Shown: positions 12,617-27,819, counted from the stretch's first letter. The stretch is 64,000 nucleotides of DNA from Piromyces finnis finn (GCA_002104945.1 MCFH01000014.1:310001-374000), one strand, 5' to 3'. Numbers and translations are program-made. The notes: a model not told the origin generated them from the sequence alone.

Positions 12617-13561
12617 TTAATTTTTTTTAACATTATATAATTTACACTTTGCAATGAATATGATATAATATAAGTTATAGTTTAAAAACAAAACTTTATT
12701 TTAAAAACTAATTATAAAATTTATATAATCATTAAAAAAGATCTATTTTATATTTATTTATAAATAAATTCTTCATAATTATAATTAACACTTATTGATA
12801 TGAAAATGATTATATTATATACCAATATTAATACATATTATATATATTTATTTAAGAAAATAAGAAAAGAAAAATAAAAGTGAAAAATAAATATAAAATA
12901 ATATTATTAATTCTTTAAATGTTATATAAATACTGTTCTAAAATTATTATTTTTATTTTTTTTTTTCATATTTAAATTTACTATTATTATCTCAAGATTT
13001 TTTCTATACTTTTATATAATAAAAAAACCTTTATATTTCCTAAAAATGATAAAATTTAATATAGTAACTTTTAATTAAACCAGTTCAATTAAATTTATTT
13101 TTAAAATTAAATATTTATTTTATTTTTTTGCTTAATAATAATAATATAAATAATAATTTAATATTTCTGGATATTTTCTTTTTTTTTAAAAAAATTAGTT
13201 TAATAGAACTATTGCTATATCAAAAATAAAAAGACACAATATTATTTATATTCTAATATGATTAATACTTTTTTTTATTAATTACTCAAAAATAAATAAA
13301 ATTAATTATTAATTATTACTATTACACTATTATTGCTAATTAAAATATACAATATTTCAATGCTTTTTTTTTTTTTTTCAAATTAATATATATTTTTTAT
13401 ATTTTTTTTTAATGATAAAATAATTTTGTTTTTTTAATGTAACTAATTATAGATTATTAATAATAGTTTTTATATATTTAAATGTAATATAACTTTTTAT
13501 ATCAACATTACTAATTTGGATCAATGGGGATTATAGATTAAAAGATTCATTATTATATACT

Positions 13562-15360
13562 TTAGTTAATTCCACACCAATTGCCATCTTCAACACCCCA
13601 ATCACCATCAGCATCTGTATAATAAACATATGAAGTCTTACTACAACATGGATAACCTAAGGTTTCAGACCAACATGAAACAGAATTTGATTTTTTTTCA
13701 ATACCGCACCATTCATTATTTTCAACACCCCAGTCACCACTTTCGTCAGTGTAGACAACAATATCTCCTTTACAACATGAATAACCGAGTTCACTAGACC
13801 AACATTTTGATGAGCTTTCTGAATTGGAGTCGGATCCAGAAGAACTTGTGCCATTGTTGCTGCTACTATCACCATTGTAACTGTCAACATTAAATGATGG
13901 TAATTCATCCATATTCATAACAATTTCATGGTTAAAGTATTCTTTAAGTTGAGCGTTAGTATGGTAAGAATCTTGTAAAATAAATTCACTGTTCCAAGTT
14001 TGGAAATAACCCCACCAAGCATCTTGATCAACACATTGTTGAATATCTGGAATACGTCCATTTTCAGATAAAACAACCATTTTCTTACCACCATAGAAAT
14101 CAAAGTGAGTATTGAAGGCAGTAGTTTGTGGTCCGTGATCATTTGCATAAATATCAACACCAATAATATCAATATAATCAATTGGGGTATATTCATCATT
14201 ATTACCATTCCAAAGCCAAATTAAATTATTTAAACCATGGTAGTTAACCATACGTTCGTATAAAATTTTCCATAATTTAGCACAAGACTTTGGATTGTTA
14301 CCCCACCAGAACCAATCACCATTGTTTTCATGAAGTGGTCTCCAAATTAATGGCATATTAATAGCTTGTAACTTTTTAATATGACCAGAAATACGATCAA
14401 TATCCTTAATAATCTTTTCATATTCCCATGAACCTTCGATTACTGCATTGTCAATATTGAAAGTGGTATCCTTTTTGTAAAAAGCAAAGTCACCAGTTTT
14501 ACCAGCAATATTCCAATGCCATTGGGCAGACATAATACCTTTTCCATCATACTTTTTCCACCAATTAATAGCCATTTCAGTAATATCAGGATTTTGTGGT
14601 CTCCAGGTACAATCATTTGATTCAAAAATGAAATCCATATTCCAAACAGCAGGTAATTTTCCAGAAGCATTCTTAATACGTTGAATTTCTTGACCTTCAT
14701 CACCAGCTTGACCGGCACCACCAACTTGACCAGAAAGAATTCTTTTACCATAATTAGACTTTAAGAAATCATAAAGTTTTCTAGCAGCTGGAATAGCTTT
14801 TGGATTGACTAATGATGAATTAATCTTTGAAGAAACATCCTTAGCAGGGTTTGGTGCATCATTAATGACAAAAGCATCAACCCACATCCAACCCCAGGAA
14901 GCAACAAGACCAATGGTATTCTTTCCTTTTTTTAAGTAAATAGTACCAATATTTTTGGATTCAAATGCTGTATTTTCAGTAAAAGTAATATCACCTGCAC
15001 TTTGACCATTGACTACAAGAGAATTTATTTTTTGACCCATATTAGCACAGTAAACAATAGACAAGTCATACATACCGGTTGATGGTGCATTAACAGTTAC
15101 TGTAACTGAATCACCTGGATTTTCAAATCTTCCAACATAACCAGTTCCAGAAAAACCACTAATATCACCATTCTTATAAGTAGTTACACCACTAAGTTCA
15201 CCATTTTCGGCTTCATAGAAAACTTTAATAAAAATAATTTTTTTTTTATTTAGTAATACTATCCATACTAATTATTTAATTATATTATTTATTAAATACC
15301 TTTTTCAGCAAAAGTTGTTAAAAAAGTTATACAAAGTAATAAAAAATTCAATAATTTCAT
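13562..15360 (-). CDS. Secreted cellulosomal endo-beta-1,4-mannanase: signal peptide, CBM35, GH26 and two fungal dockerins
   Basis: Exon 1 at 15360-15300 ([20 protein letters not shown]) and exon 2 at 15222-13562 (FYEAENG CBM35 start). GH26 motifs WRPLHE and LSENG. Two C-terminal CW..LGY.CC...WGVE..WCGI modules. Confidence 0.93.
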
Positions 15361-18300
15361 TTTAATTAATAAAATGATTCTAAAACTATTATATTTATAT
15401 TTTTAAAAATTAAAGTAATTTATTAATAATAATTATAAACAATAATAATATTTATTTAAAAAGGCTTTAATTTTTGAAATAATGAATATATATATTTTTT
15501 ATTATTCTTTTTTTTTCCTTTTATATCCTTTTTTTTTTTTTTTTTCAAATTAAAAGTATTAATTAGTTTTAAATTATTTGAACAATACTTAGTTATTTTT
15601 ATTCTTCCTTAATTAAATTGATTGTTTTTTATATTAAATAATATTAAATTAAAACAATATATAGATTAAAAAGGAAATTTTTTACTAATGAAAAACTCTA
15701 TTTTTTATTAAAATAACAATATTAATATTTTAAATATTTTCCTTGGAAAATTACAATTTTTATTATTCCAAATATAATTTCCGTATTATAATAAATAAAG
15801 TTTGATTTCAATAATAAATCTAAAAAATATAAATATTAAGGTTTATAATTTCTAAATATGAATTTTGTCATATGGAATATTTTATTGTTTTAATTATTAT
15901 TAACCAATCAAACATTTTTTGAATGATTAATTCTTTTTACTAATTTATTATTCATGTATTGTTAAAAGTAAATATTTATATTTAAAAAATATTGTAAATA
16001 TATACCTAATAATAAACAACCTGTATTGTTAAAATATAATAAAAGAAGTTAAATTTTTTAACAGTAATTATTATCTAAAATTAAAAAACATTATTTGTTA
16101 ATGAATAAAAACACAAATATATTATTATAATATAGAAAAATTGCAATTATGCATGTACAAAAGAATTAATTTTAAATAATTAATCAAAAAAAAAAGTGTT
16201 AAATAGTACAATTGTTTTGGCACATAAAAAATATTATAACATGTGGTGTCATTAAAGTTTAACATTAATTAATATTAATACGATTATAATAAAGATTATA
16301 TATATGACTATGTTAGTATTTTTTTTTTTTTTATTAGGTCAAATTTCCATAATTTCTACTGGTATTTGAAATCGTAAAATGAACAAATTAAATATAAAAG
16401 ATAATGTTGGTATTAAATTCCTTGATTAATTTTACTTAGATTGTTTAAATACTATAAAATTTTATATTATAATGGTTTTCAAAGAATCAAATATTAGTTA
16501 ATAAGTATCTTTTTTTAATGCTTTCTGTAGTAAACATCTAGTATTTCTCAACGATAGATTATTTTTTTTTTTTTTACCTTAATTTTCACTACAAAAAAAT
16601 ATAATGTAAACCCAACTTATTATAACAAAAACAATAATGTTTATATTATTTTACTCAGTTATTGAGTATTTAACCATATATTATTTATCAATTATTTTTA
16701 TTTGTATATAAATATTATAAAATGATTAATTTATTAAAAAGTATATATATAATACAAAAAGATAATAAATTCTGATACTTTCTTAAATGTTTTTTTATGC
16801 TTTTTTTAATATTTAATTTATTTCACCAAAAGTCATAATTAATAGTTATAATAAAATAATTAAACATAGACTAATATTTTTGTTCCTATTAATTATTTAG
16901 AAGTGAAATAACATCATCTAGCTTTTAGCATGATTTATTTCTAATAATTAAAAATCCATAAATTATAATAGCATTATATTAAATAGTGTATCATATAACT
17001 TTTATACTAATATTTTTTGTTAAAGAAAAAGGTTTCCTAAAAATTTTAATAAAATATTATAGTGAATTTGTCATATCATTAAAAGAATAATTTAAATGTT
17101 TAATTTAAATAATACAATCTATATTTTTAGTTAAGAATTAAAATTCTAACAATAATTGAAATCGAATACTACCATTAGTAGTTCATTTTGACCAATATTA
17201 TTATATTCCCTCTATATTTGATACTTTATTAAAAAAAATAGACATTATATGAATCTGGCTATTAATGTAAAGTCTATTCATCATTATATAAAAATATAAA
17301 AAATTTAATGAATATAAACTAATATTATTACTATATATATTTTATACACTCTTCAAAAATTATGTCTCTAGAAAAAAAGAAAAAAATTCTTTTGTCTATA
17401 TGAAACGGTTAAAGCTAAAAATTTTAAAAGAATAATTTAAATAAATTTCTTTTAGAGTAATTAAATGATATAACTGTAACTTTTTCTCTTTGTTAACCTT
17501 ATTAATAAAATTATTTATTAATAATTAGATTTACTTCACAATTAATTTTATTATATTTGTATTATTACTAGTACTAAATTAAATTTTATATTTTATATTA
17601 ATTACTCTTAAATATTTAATATATATTTTGAAAAATATGAATTATTGAAAAACACATCTTTTTATTGTCATTAATTAATTATCAAGTATTTTAATTGCAA
17701 AAACCCTTAAAAACAAAATTGTATTAAACCGAGTTATATCATATCATATGTATGATTTGAATTATCTAAGTTAGAATTTTAGGTTTTTTAATAGAAATTT
17801 TATTAATATTTCATTATACTAAAATTTATGGCTTATCCTAGAATACATACATTATCAATACACTACATTATATTAATTACATATTACTTGTAAAAGTTTT
17901 ACTAAACTTATAATTTAATATTAAAATATTAAATTAAATAAAAGATTAAAAGATAACTAGGTTAGAAAAAAAATGTTTTATTAAAATAAGCTTAATTGTT
18001 TTATAAATGAATAATTAAATTATGTATTATGGTTAAAATAATTTCTTTTATTTTATTTAAATAATATATATAATAATAAGATTATTTAATAGTAATACTT
18101 ATTAAGTATTAATAAGATAATAATCTTTACAAAGATTTAATTTCATAAAACTATTCTAAACTATTTATACTAATTGTAATTTTACATTTAATAATAAAAT
18201 AACTTTTTAATACATGATTATATTCATAATATATTTTATAATACTAAAACTAAACTTAAGACTTATTACTAATTATTAAAAATAACTATTGTTTATATAT

Positions 18301-18488
18301 TTATAATATTAATCATTTCTTAATTATAATATAATTCATTGAATATAATATTAATAATTATAATCTTTTGATTCAAAGATTATAAGTTATGATATTGAAA
18401 TAATAATTATAAAATAAAGTTGATTAATTCTGGAAAATAATTTTAATTTAATTAAAACAATAATTTTTGTCCTTTGAGTGAATGATTT

Positions 18489-19377
18489 ATGCTGAAAACA
18501 TATAATATATATACGCCATTGTCAATTATAAAAGCATTTGAATTCAATAGTATTAGAAACTATTGGCATTTATCTGAATCGTATGATAACCTTTCTAAAT
18601 ATATCGATATGGATTTTGATGGACTAAAAAATGATATTGTGTATCTAATGAGTGATAAAAAAAATAGAATAAAATTAGATAGGAATATTGATGATTACGA
18701 TAAAAATAGTGGAGAATATAATAATAAACACGATGTTTTAGTAAAACTTCTTCATCTTGGGTATTTAGCCTATGACCATAAAAGTAATCTTAAAATAGAT
18801 TATAATGATGAAAAATCTAATAAATTAATTGGAGAATTATTTATTCCTAATGAAGAAGTACTTACATCATTTAAGGTATCCACAGAAAATAATAATTGGA
18901 AAAAAGTATTTAAAAAAGTAGAATTATCTAAAAAACTTTTAAATGATACATGGAATGAAAACGAAAGTGGAGTAGCTAATTGAATATTTTCATAATGAAG
19001 CATCAAATATAGATTATTATAAAGAAGCAGTATTTAAACTTATTGTTCAAAATGCATATTTGGATGCACTTATTTATTATTCATGTACAATTATACCAGA
19101 GGTTGATTCAGGTAAAGGGTATGCAGATTTAATAATATTATCAAATGAAAATATGAATAAACCAACAATAGTTATAGAACTGAAATGTAATAAAGGAACA
19201 GAATATGGTATACAACAAATATATGATCGGAATTATATTCAAAGATTAGTCAATGATTATAAAGAAATATTATTAGTTTGTATAAGTTGCAATAAAGTAA
19301 AAGCAGGTAACCCAGGATACAAGAAGCATAATTGTAAAATAGTGAAATATAATGCAAAAAATATGTTAAAATTTTAA
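18489..19377 (+). pseudogene. 5'-truncated, frameshifted AAA-ATPase-like / PD-(D/E)XK nuclease gene
   Basis: YNIYTPLSI, LLHLGYLAYD and IPNEEV in the first ORF. Frameshift near 18978, then IEYFHNEAS... continues into EVDSGKGYADLII...IVIELK (PD-(D/E)XK motif). Resembles the bacterial-type AAA + PDDEXK_9 family. Confidence 0.75.
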
Positions 19378-19441
19378 ATTATAATTTATATCAATTATGT
19401 AAATAAAATTTAAATATTTTTAATTATAAATATTTTGATCC

Positions 19442-19489
<48 letters not shown>

Positions 19490-19789
19490 GTAATAATAAT
19501 AATAATAATCCTTATTTTTTTAAATTTAAATAGTTCTATTAAGATAATCTTTAAATTGTAAGACTTCAAATATACAAACGAATGTTAATATGAATGTAAA
19601 GATGCAAAATATTAAAATATTAATAAAAATTGAATTTGTAAATGTAGCATTTTTATTTACAAAAAAAAAAAAAACTTGAGGCAAGATATTTATAAATCTT
19701 TAATTTTTAGTTAAAAAAATATAAATAAATAAACAAATAAGAATGTATTAGCTTATTTATTTTCATTAGAGAAATCTTTCAAAGAGGAA

Positions 19790-20400
19790 AGTTTAAAGGA
19801 AAAGCCATTTATGTTGCTTTATTTGACATCAAAAAAGCATTACGACTTGGTTCCTATTTTCAATATCTTTACAAAGTTATATAAATTAGGTACACGTGGT
19901 AAATGTTCTGATTTTCTCAATAATCTCTACTCTACCTCAAAAGCCCATGCACATTTCTTGGATATGCTCTCTAATGAATTTCCTATCAACCGTAGTGTAA
20001 GGCAAAGATGTCCTCTTTCTCCTATTTTATTTTTTTATTTAATCTTTTCATCAACGATATTTTAAATAAATGTGAAAGGTTTAGTGTTAGTTTAGTAAAT
20101 AAACATTGCTGTGATGGCTTTTTTGCTAATGATATTGTTCTGATTACTCCTAGTCAGAAGAAACTTCAAAAGATGCTCAATTTAGTTCTTGATTGGGCTA
20201 ATTTAAATGAAATATTTTTTAGAATAAATAAATGTACAATTATTGTTATTAAATCTTTCAACCTTTAAAAGACTCCCTAATTATGTAGATCCAGCATTTT
20301 ACATCGGTATGTACTCGATCCATTATTATTCTCCTTTACTTGGTTCTAACGAAAATAGAACTCTTAAAGTTCAATCAATACAAACCTCATGTAAATTTAA
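19790..20400 (+). pseudogene. Decayed LINE reverse transcriptase fragment related to the 2501-8169 element
   Basis: Frameshifted pieces LGTRGK...NLYSTSKA, VRQRCPLSPILF, LFINDI, GFFANDIV and YYSPLLGSN match, in order, the intact LINE ORF, with an internal deletion. Confidence 0.85.
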
Positions 20401-21669
20401 AATTTATTTGAATTATTCTTATTCGATGCGGTTATGAAAACACTACCAGAGTTGTTATTATTAGTAATAGAGTTACACCCGACTGCTTTCGTGCCTGACC
20501 ATGTTGTAGATAGAATGAACAATTTTTTCACCACTAAATATTAGAATGCTGCATTAATTATATAGAATTTCTTTACTTAATTTTTTAGATGATCTTTTTA
20601 TCATTTATTAAACTGTAATGATTGTATAGAAATGAATAAAATAGTAAATTAAAATATAAAAAACTTTGAAATAATATATATTATATTTTTAAAATATTTA
20701 GTTTTGACCTTTTTTTAATCTATAGCATTTTTTTTAAAAGAAATATCAAATTAATATATGCCGTTAAAACAAGACTAGACATTTACAAATAAAATAATGT
20801 GTAATATATAAAAGAAAATAATATTAAACTGCTTAAGAAAATCATAATGTCATCATATAAGTAAAAATAAATATAAATAGTATTAATAAAATGAAATGAT
20901 AAAATTTTATTATTATATTTTATTTATTATTATATATTATTTAAAGTTTAAGGAATTAAATGGATCAATTTCATTAAATTTAAATGAATATTTATAGTTA
21001 TTTAGTAAAAAGAAAGGCTATTTTCATCATATAAAGAGTAACCGAATGACAGAATGTAATATAACTTTTAGAAATAATAAAATAAAATATTATTATAAAA
21101 AATATATTATATCAATGATTTTTTTTTGAGGAATAAATCAAAGTATTTTTATTAGAATTATTTGATAACTTATTAAATTTAGGTTAAGTCATGTAATATA
21201 TACATATATAAAACCATATAAATTAAGCTTTATTAAACTTTAACTTTTTAATTTAATTATAAAATAATAAAAAAAGTAGACATTACATTTACAACACTGA
21301 AATAATCACGTGTGTGTTCATAAATATATGATATAGATAAATAAAAATATATGTCCATAAATGTTCACAATATTCACCTAATATAATAAAATATTAATAA
21401 ACTAATATTAAATTACTACAACATAAAAGAAACATATATCACAAAACAATTCACGTGATTTGATCAGCTTAATTAAAAATCTTATTTTTTGTTTAAATAA
21501 TGATTTAGTTTGGTATAAAAAACAAATTGTGTGTCATTGTGTTATTTGTTGTTTTTCATATTATTAAATTATTATAATAATTTAATTCTAATTGTAATAT
21601 AGACCCTAATATATACATATATATCAAATATTGTTAAAAAGATATTTACAAATTAATTTAAATTATCAT

Positions 21670-21701
<32 letters not shown>

Positions 21702-21704
<3 letters not shown>

Positions 21705-24700
21705 ACAGTTGAAACTGAATCATCATCACAAGATGAACATAAAGGAGATTCTTCAATAAAAAATCGTTATTGGGCAAAAACAAACTTTGGATTATCCATA
21801 TCATACGAGTTTATAAAAAAATATTTTTTGAGAGATATTGTTTGCAAAAGATCATTAAAATTATATAAAAATGTTGAAATATACCAAAATGAACGTAATA
21901 ATTGCATGTTTCCAATACTGAAAGAATTTCTAGATAGAGAAGTATATAGACCTATGAATTTTATAGATAATCCACAATTCGCAGTGACGCTTTCTTTTAA
22001 TAATAATGATAGTGAATTAGTAATCATAGGACCTCTTTGTAGGTCAAAGGCTCAAGCCAAAATTGAAGCTTCAATGGCTTTATTTAAAATATTATATCAT
22101 TTCAATTGTAAATTACTTCCTTTTGTAGAAGGAAATAATATTATATTAAATAAACTTATGGCAAATAATAATACATCAGCTCAAGATTCAAATAAAAAAA
22201 ATGAAAGTAGTATAGAATTTCCATATGTTTTTTCGAGAAATGGTTGGGAAGATATAAAGTAAGTATAATTCTCTATATATATGTATATGTAAATTATTCA
22301 AATTATTTATTGCTTTTTCCATAATTAAAACAATAAATAAAATATAAATTAAACAAAAATATAGAAATAGCATAAAAAAAAAAATCAATTTAAATTTTAA
22401 ACTGCATGCATTTCAATTAATTACTTATTTTAAATAATAATAATAATAATAAATAAATAAAAATCAATATATTAATTCATTATAAATTTAAAAATATTTA
22501 TCAAAATGTTATTATTTAATATTCTTATAAAATAATACAAGTTCAGAATTTAATTGCTTCGAAAATTTATGTCATCCAAATAATACATTTTTTGTATCTA
22601 TCATTGATTTTATTGATGATCCCATGATGAATTTTGTGGATCCTACCACTAGAGAAAAAAAGAGAATGTATATAGGCTATTTAACAAAAAAGCCAATCCC
22701 AAGAATTGACGATAAATTTTCTTGTTATAATGGTACACAAAAATCAAATTTTTCGTTAACACCATGGGATAAATTCCATATGAATTATTCTCAAGAAGAA
22801 ATTAATGAATTATCCAATTATTTGCAGAATATTTTTGGGTACAAAACCATTGTTAAAAAAAACTCAGATATTCATAATGAAAATAAAGGAGAGAGTTATA
22901 TCATTGATAATAGTGATTGTCAAAGTTTTTTACCCGTTTACTTTAATAGTAATGAATTTTCAAAAATTAGACGATTCCAGGATAAATTATGGGGTTTACT
23001 TTGTGTGAGTTTAGAATTTAAAATGAATAAAGAAACTGATGATATGTATTATATTCTTCCATTTTACAAGTCTCTTGATCAAGAAGATTCAAAAATTAAT
23101 GTAGATTGGTATTACATAAATTATATTCTTCAAGAAAAAGCAAATCCAGATGAAATTACTGTTGCAGACTGGATCGCTACAGTTGACTATCATTTGCAAA
23201 ATAATCAAAAAGATATTATAAGTCCAACCAAGAGTTTTGAAGATAATTATAATGCAGTGAGGGATACCTTTGAAATATTAAAGAAGGATCCTTCCTTTAA
23301 AGAAGAATATAAAACTCGTAACATTAGTCAAGAAAATAAAAGTTATATTTCAGATACCCTTCATAACACCTATTTTAGAACATTGTATAATCGTCGATTA
23401 TATATTTTAAAAGATTTCCATGAAGAGTTAACTATGGATGATGAATTCACCGTTAAAAACTACAATAAAGACGAAGAACCCTATCAAATTTCCTACAAGA
23501 ACTATATCATGAAAAATTATTCAGATATAATGGAAAATTATGAGTATAAATATCCGCAATTTTCATTAGTTTGTGGTAAAGTTTTTTCCCTCCTAAAGAA
23601 TTTTGACTATCATTCCGAAAAAGAACTTGAAGTTCAACGCCGACAAAAAGAAAATAAATCCAAAAAAGAAGGAACTGGTTTCAAAGCTTGGTTCATTCCA
23701 GAATTATGTCATATTTTCCATCTACCGACCTATTGGTTAAAATTTTTACAATATATACCCATTCTAACCTATAAATTAAAAGCCTTTTGTTATATAAGTG
23801 AATTTAGATATGTTATTGGCATTAAACCTCTTAGTATCATAAATTTAACCTATGCTGCCACTTCTAAAAATTCTGATATAATTATGGGAAATCGTCATGA
23901 GCAATTAGAAATGCTCGGAGATACCATCCTTAAATACCTCACCACCATCTATTACTATAATCGTTATCCAGAAAAGGATGAATCTTTTCTTACCTCTATT
24001 CGTATGAAAAATGTCAGTAATGAAAATTTAATTCAATTAACTAATTATTATCAATGGAATCGTTTCTTTTTACAAAAAAAGTTTAGTATTAACTATTTCC
24101 ATCCACCTAACATTAGTATTATTGAAGGAATGCGAATTAGAGAATGTTCTAATGCAATGCATGAAAATAAACCAATAGCAGATTTCTTTGAATCCATTAT
24201 TGGTGCTTGCTTTATTGAAGGAAAAACAATAGCGCAAGGAATTCAAATTTGTCAACTCTTCCTTTCTCGTTCAAAATTAATTATCCCTATTCCGTTTAAT
24301 TATAAACCAACCATTGATGAATACGTTAGAGAACCAGGCTATGACTATGATGAGATAGTTAAAAAAATATGTAAATTTTTAAATCATACCTATTCAAAGG
24401 ATTCAACCCTTTACACCGTTCTTCATCTTATTTCATTAGCTACACCCACAATGCGAAGAGAGTAAGTTTTAACAAATAAATAAGTTTAAAAAAAAAAATT
24501 TTTTTTCTGTCGTTTTTTTTTTCGAACTTTTATACTATGCCATATATAAAATATTGGTTGATAACTATTTATTATGTATATCTATATTTTAGTCACTATT
24601 TTATACTTTAAGCTTATTGGTATAGATACTAATAATTATTTTTTTTTAAAAAAAAAAAAAAAAAAAGATATCAACGTTTAGAATATTTAGGTGATGCTGT

Positions 24701-25559
24701 TATTGATTTAATTACCATCAATTATTTCTTTAATCGATTTAAAGGAGCCAATCCAAAAGAATTAACACAATTTAAACATTTATCCGTTCAAAATCAAGTG
24801 TTTGCTGATATTATCTATAATTTTGGTCTTATTGAATGCCTGCCCTTCCCACCATCCACTAAAAAAGAAATCGATAAATTTATTGAAATGAAAAGTGTTC
24901 ATAAAGATTTCCCATTCCATAAAAATATTGCTGATTTATTTGAAGTATTTGTGGGAGCTATTCATATTGATAATGGTTATCAATTTGAAAAAACTAATGA
25001 AGAACTTGTCGACTTTTTAACAAAACATATTTTCCAGCATTCAGCGCAAAATCAATCTATTGAAAGGTTTGAAGTCATTAATGAAATTATTGAAATCTTA
25101 TCGGTTATTGGTCGTAAATATTCGCATCTTGAAGGTTTTCTTAGAAATCCAAAATCAGTTTATCAGTAAGTATAAAAAAAAAAAAATTTTTTTTTTCCTT
25201 ATTTTAGGATAACTTTATGAGAATTGTTATTGTTTTTATTGTTTTTAACATTATCAATGAATTAAAACTAATTTTATTTTTTCTTTCTTTCTTAATTTTA
25301 CATTTAATAAAGAACTATTAAAATTTCAAATTATGAATCCTCGTGTTCAATTCAAGTTGTTTTTAAAGAAAATGAATTTGTTACCCTATCAGAATTTACC
25401 TCTATTGGATTTAATAAAAAGCAAGCCAAACGTAAATTAGCACAAAAAATGATGGATATTTATCATCAATTAGGAGAAGAAATTTTTGAAGAAAAATTAT
25501 TAAAAAGAATTCAACAAGATAAAGATGCTAAAGTAACATTAGATTATTGGACAAATTAA
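21702..25559 (+). CDS. Dicer-like RNase III protein (dimerisation domain, PAZ, RNase IIIa, RNase IIIb, dsRBD), no helicase
   Basis: Exons 21702-22258, 22542-24461, 24668-25165 and 25313-25559 splice in frame. RNase III signatures EQLEMLGDTIL / IADFFESIIGA and QRLEYLGDAVID / IADLFEVFVGA. PAZ-like end FIPELC. dsRBD-like GFNKKQAKRKLA. Confidence 0.88.
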
Positions 25560-27687
25560 AAATGATATCTTTCCCGTTTTTTTTTTTTTTTTCACCATAA
25601 TTATTTATTTAGTTTTACTTAGCAGAAATTATCATTAATAAATTTAATAGTATTTAGTTTTAATTTTTTTTTTTTATATAAAATATCAATCAAGAATAAA
25701 TAGACTTTTATTTATTAATATTATTACTGTTGTTACTGCTGCTGTTTTATTTATTTCTATATATTTTGTAAATTAAAAACTATAAAGGTTTTATATAATA
25801 AATTTATATAAAGAGAGGTATTATAATACCGATTGAATAAACTCATTATTAAAAGTATAATTATCATCAATAATTTTTACCACCAATTTATACAATATTT
25901 CAATTCATATACTAAAATATTAATCTGTAGCTCTATTAATTCATTCAAAAGTTTTTTTTTTTTTTTTTTCATTAGATAAAATTTTTATAATGATAGTAAT
26001 ACTTTTTTTATTATAATTCCACATTAATAACCTAATGAATTTAATTGTTTAAATTTTTAATTCATAAGACTTTTATTATTATTATTATTTTATTTAATAT
26101 ATCCATGACTCCATGACATCTCACACTTGTAATATTATAAAATCAGGTCGAATAGAAATAAGTACTTTTCATTAAACCTGTCTATTTAATTTTTTATAAC
26201 TTTATATCCAATAGGTCTTTCATTATCATACTCATGTCTATTATAAAGTATTAAAACTAAATTTAATAGTTTATCATTATTTAAATCATTTATTAAAAGT
26301 TCATTTAATACATACAAACTTTATATGTAGCCTATTTGAAAGAAAATATTTAAATGATTTTTAATTTATAATATATATAGTTTTTATGGAATTCTATAGT
26401 ACTATATTATTATATACTTTTAAAATAATGTAAATATACGTATACTCTTTCTCTTTCTTAATATGTAAGGATTCTAATGATAATACTAAACTCATTAATG
26501 GAATATCAAGTAAGTTTATAGATGAATAAAACAATATTTAAAATTGCGTATTATTAACATTTAATATTCAACAATTTAACCTAATATCTATAATCGAAAA
26601 AAGTAATTCTGTTAAACAGAGAGCTTAATAATTTATTAAAATTATAAAGTCAATAAAAGTCTCTCATTCAGTAAGAAAGTTTCCTCAACAACAAATTATG
26701 GCATTATAGGGTTACAATGATGAAATGTTTATCCATTTTTTTAATTTCTTACATTTTGTATACATTATTTAAGCATTTAACTATGGATTATCCATTTTGT
26801 CCTATTTTATCTAGGATACACCATTCTTTTAGGTTTTGTATGACATTTTGTGATATTTCTATCAGAAAAAAAAAAAAAATCAATGTAATATGATTTGATT
26901 TAATAATAAATGAAACTGGGGAATTAAACACAAATAAATGATTTAATAAGAATAATATGATCCTATTAAATCTTTAATTTTTCTTTTTTTTTTTTATTAA
27001 ATTGGTGCTATTATTAGTTACAAATTAACATCCTTTTTTTTAATTTGAAAATTATTGGTGAAATTGATCATATGTTTATCTTTATTTAAAGTTTAATATA
27101 AAGTCTTTTTTTTCACAAACATTATAAATAAAAATAAATAATTATAATTATTAAAAAAAAAAAAAGACACTAGAATATTATTATATATTTTTATTTTTAT
27201 TTTTATTTTTTTTTTGGATATTTTATTGTTGAATATAACATGTAATAATTAATATAAATAAATATTGATATATTTAAAAAAAACACTTTTTTTTTTTTTG
27301 ATGTTAGTGTTATATTGAATTAATATAAATATTATATTAAATTTTAATTTTAAACTTTAATAAATTATCATGAACCTATGAACATGTCAAATGGTTTCAA
27401 TTTCAATATATTTATAAAAGCACAAAATGAAACAACTTTAATTATTATTCTTTTGTTTTTATTTGTAAACTTTTTCTTAATTGTAACAAAATATAAAAAT
27501 AAAATTAGTGTAGCATAATTGAACAAATCTAAATATATAATAAATTTATATAATAAACTTATATATAAAAAGATAATTTCCTCTTTTTTTTTTTATAAAA
27601 AGAAAAGTGAAAAGTAATTTACTTGAATATTACAAAAAAAAAAAAAGATAATAATAATAATAATATTTAAATAAACTTTTATACAAA

Positions 27688-27819
27688 ATGTTTTTCATTG
27701 ACATTATTCTTAAGAATGCTCTTATTATTAGTATTCTTTTCAGTTTTATTGAAATGATTAGCTGTGTTATCTCACCTTTAAGGACAAAGAATCTCACTTA
27801 TAAGGATAAAAATCAATAA
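27688..27819 (+). CDS. 43-aa small hydrophobic-leader peptide, paralog A (MFFIDIILKNALIISILFSFIEMISCVISPLRTKNLTYKDKNQ)
   Basis: ATG-to-TAA ORF below the track cutoff. Same length as, and colinear with, 29734-29865, including several synonymous differences. Confidence 0.75.
   Translation: MFFIDIILKNALIISILFSFIEMISCVISPLRTKNLTYKDKNQ

Noticed and set aside
26050-26860. Possible degraded gene or transposon on the minus strand
   Set aside because: Slightly higher GC with short stop-interrupted frames, but no motif I can assign.
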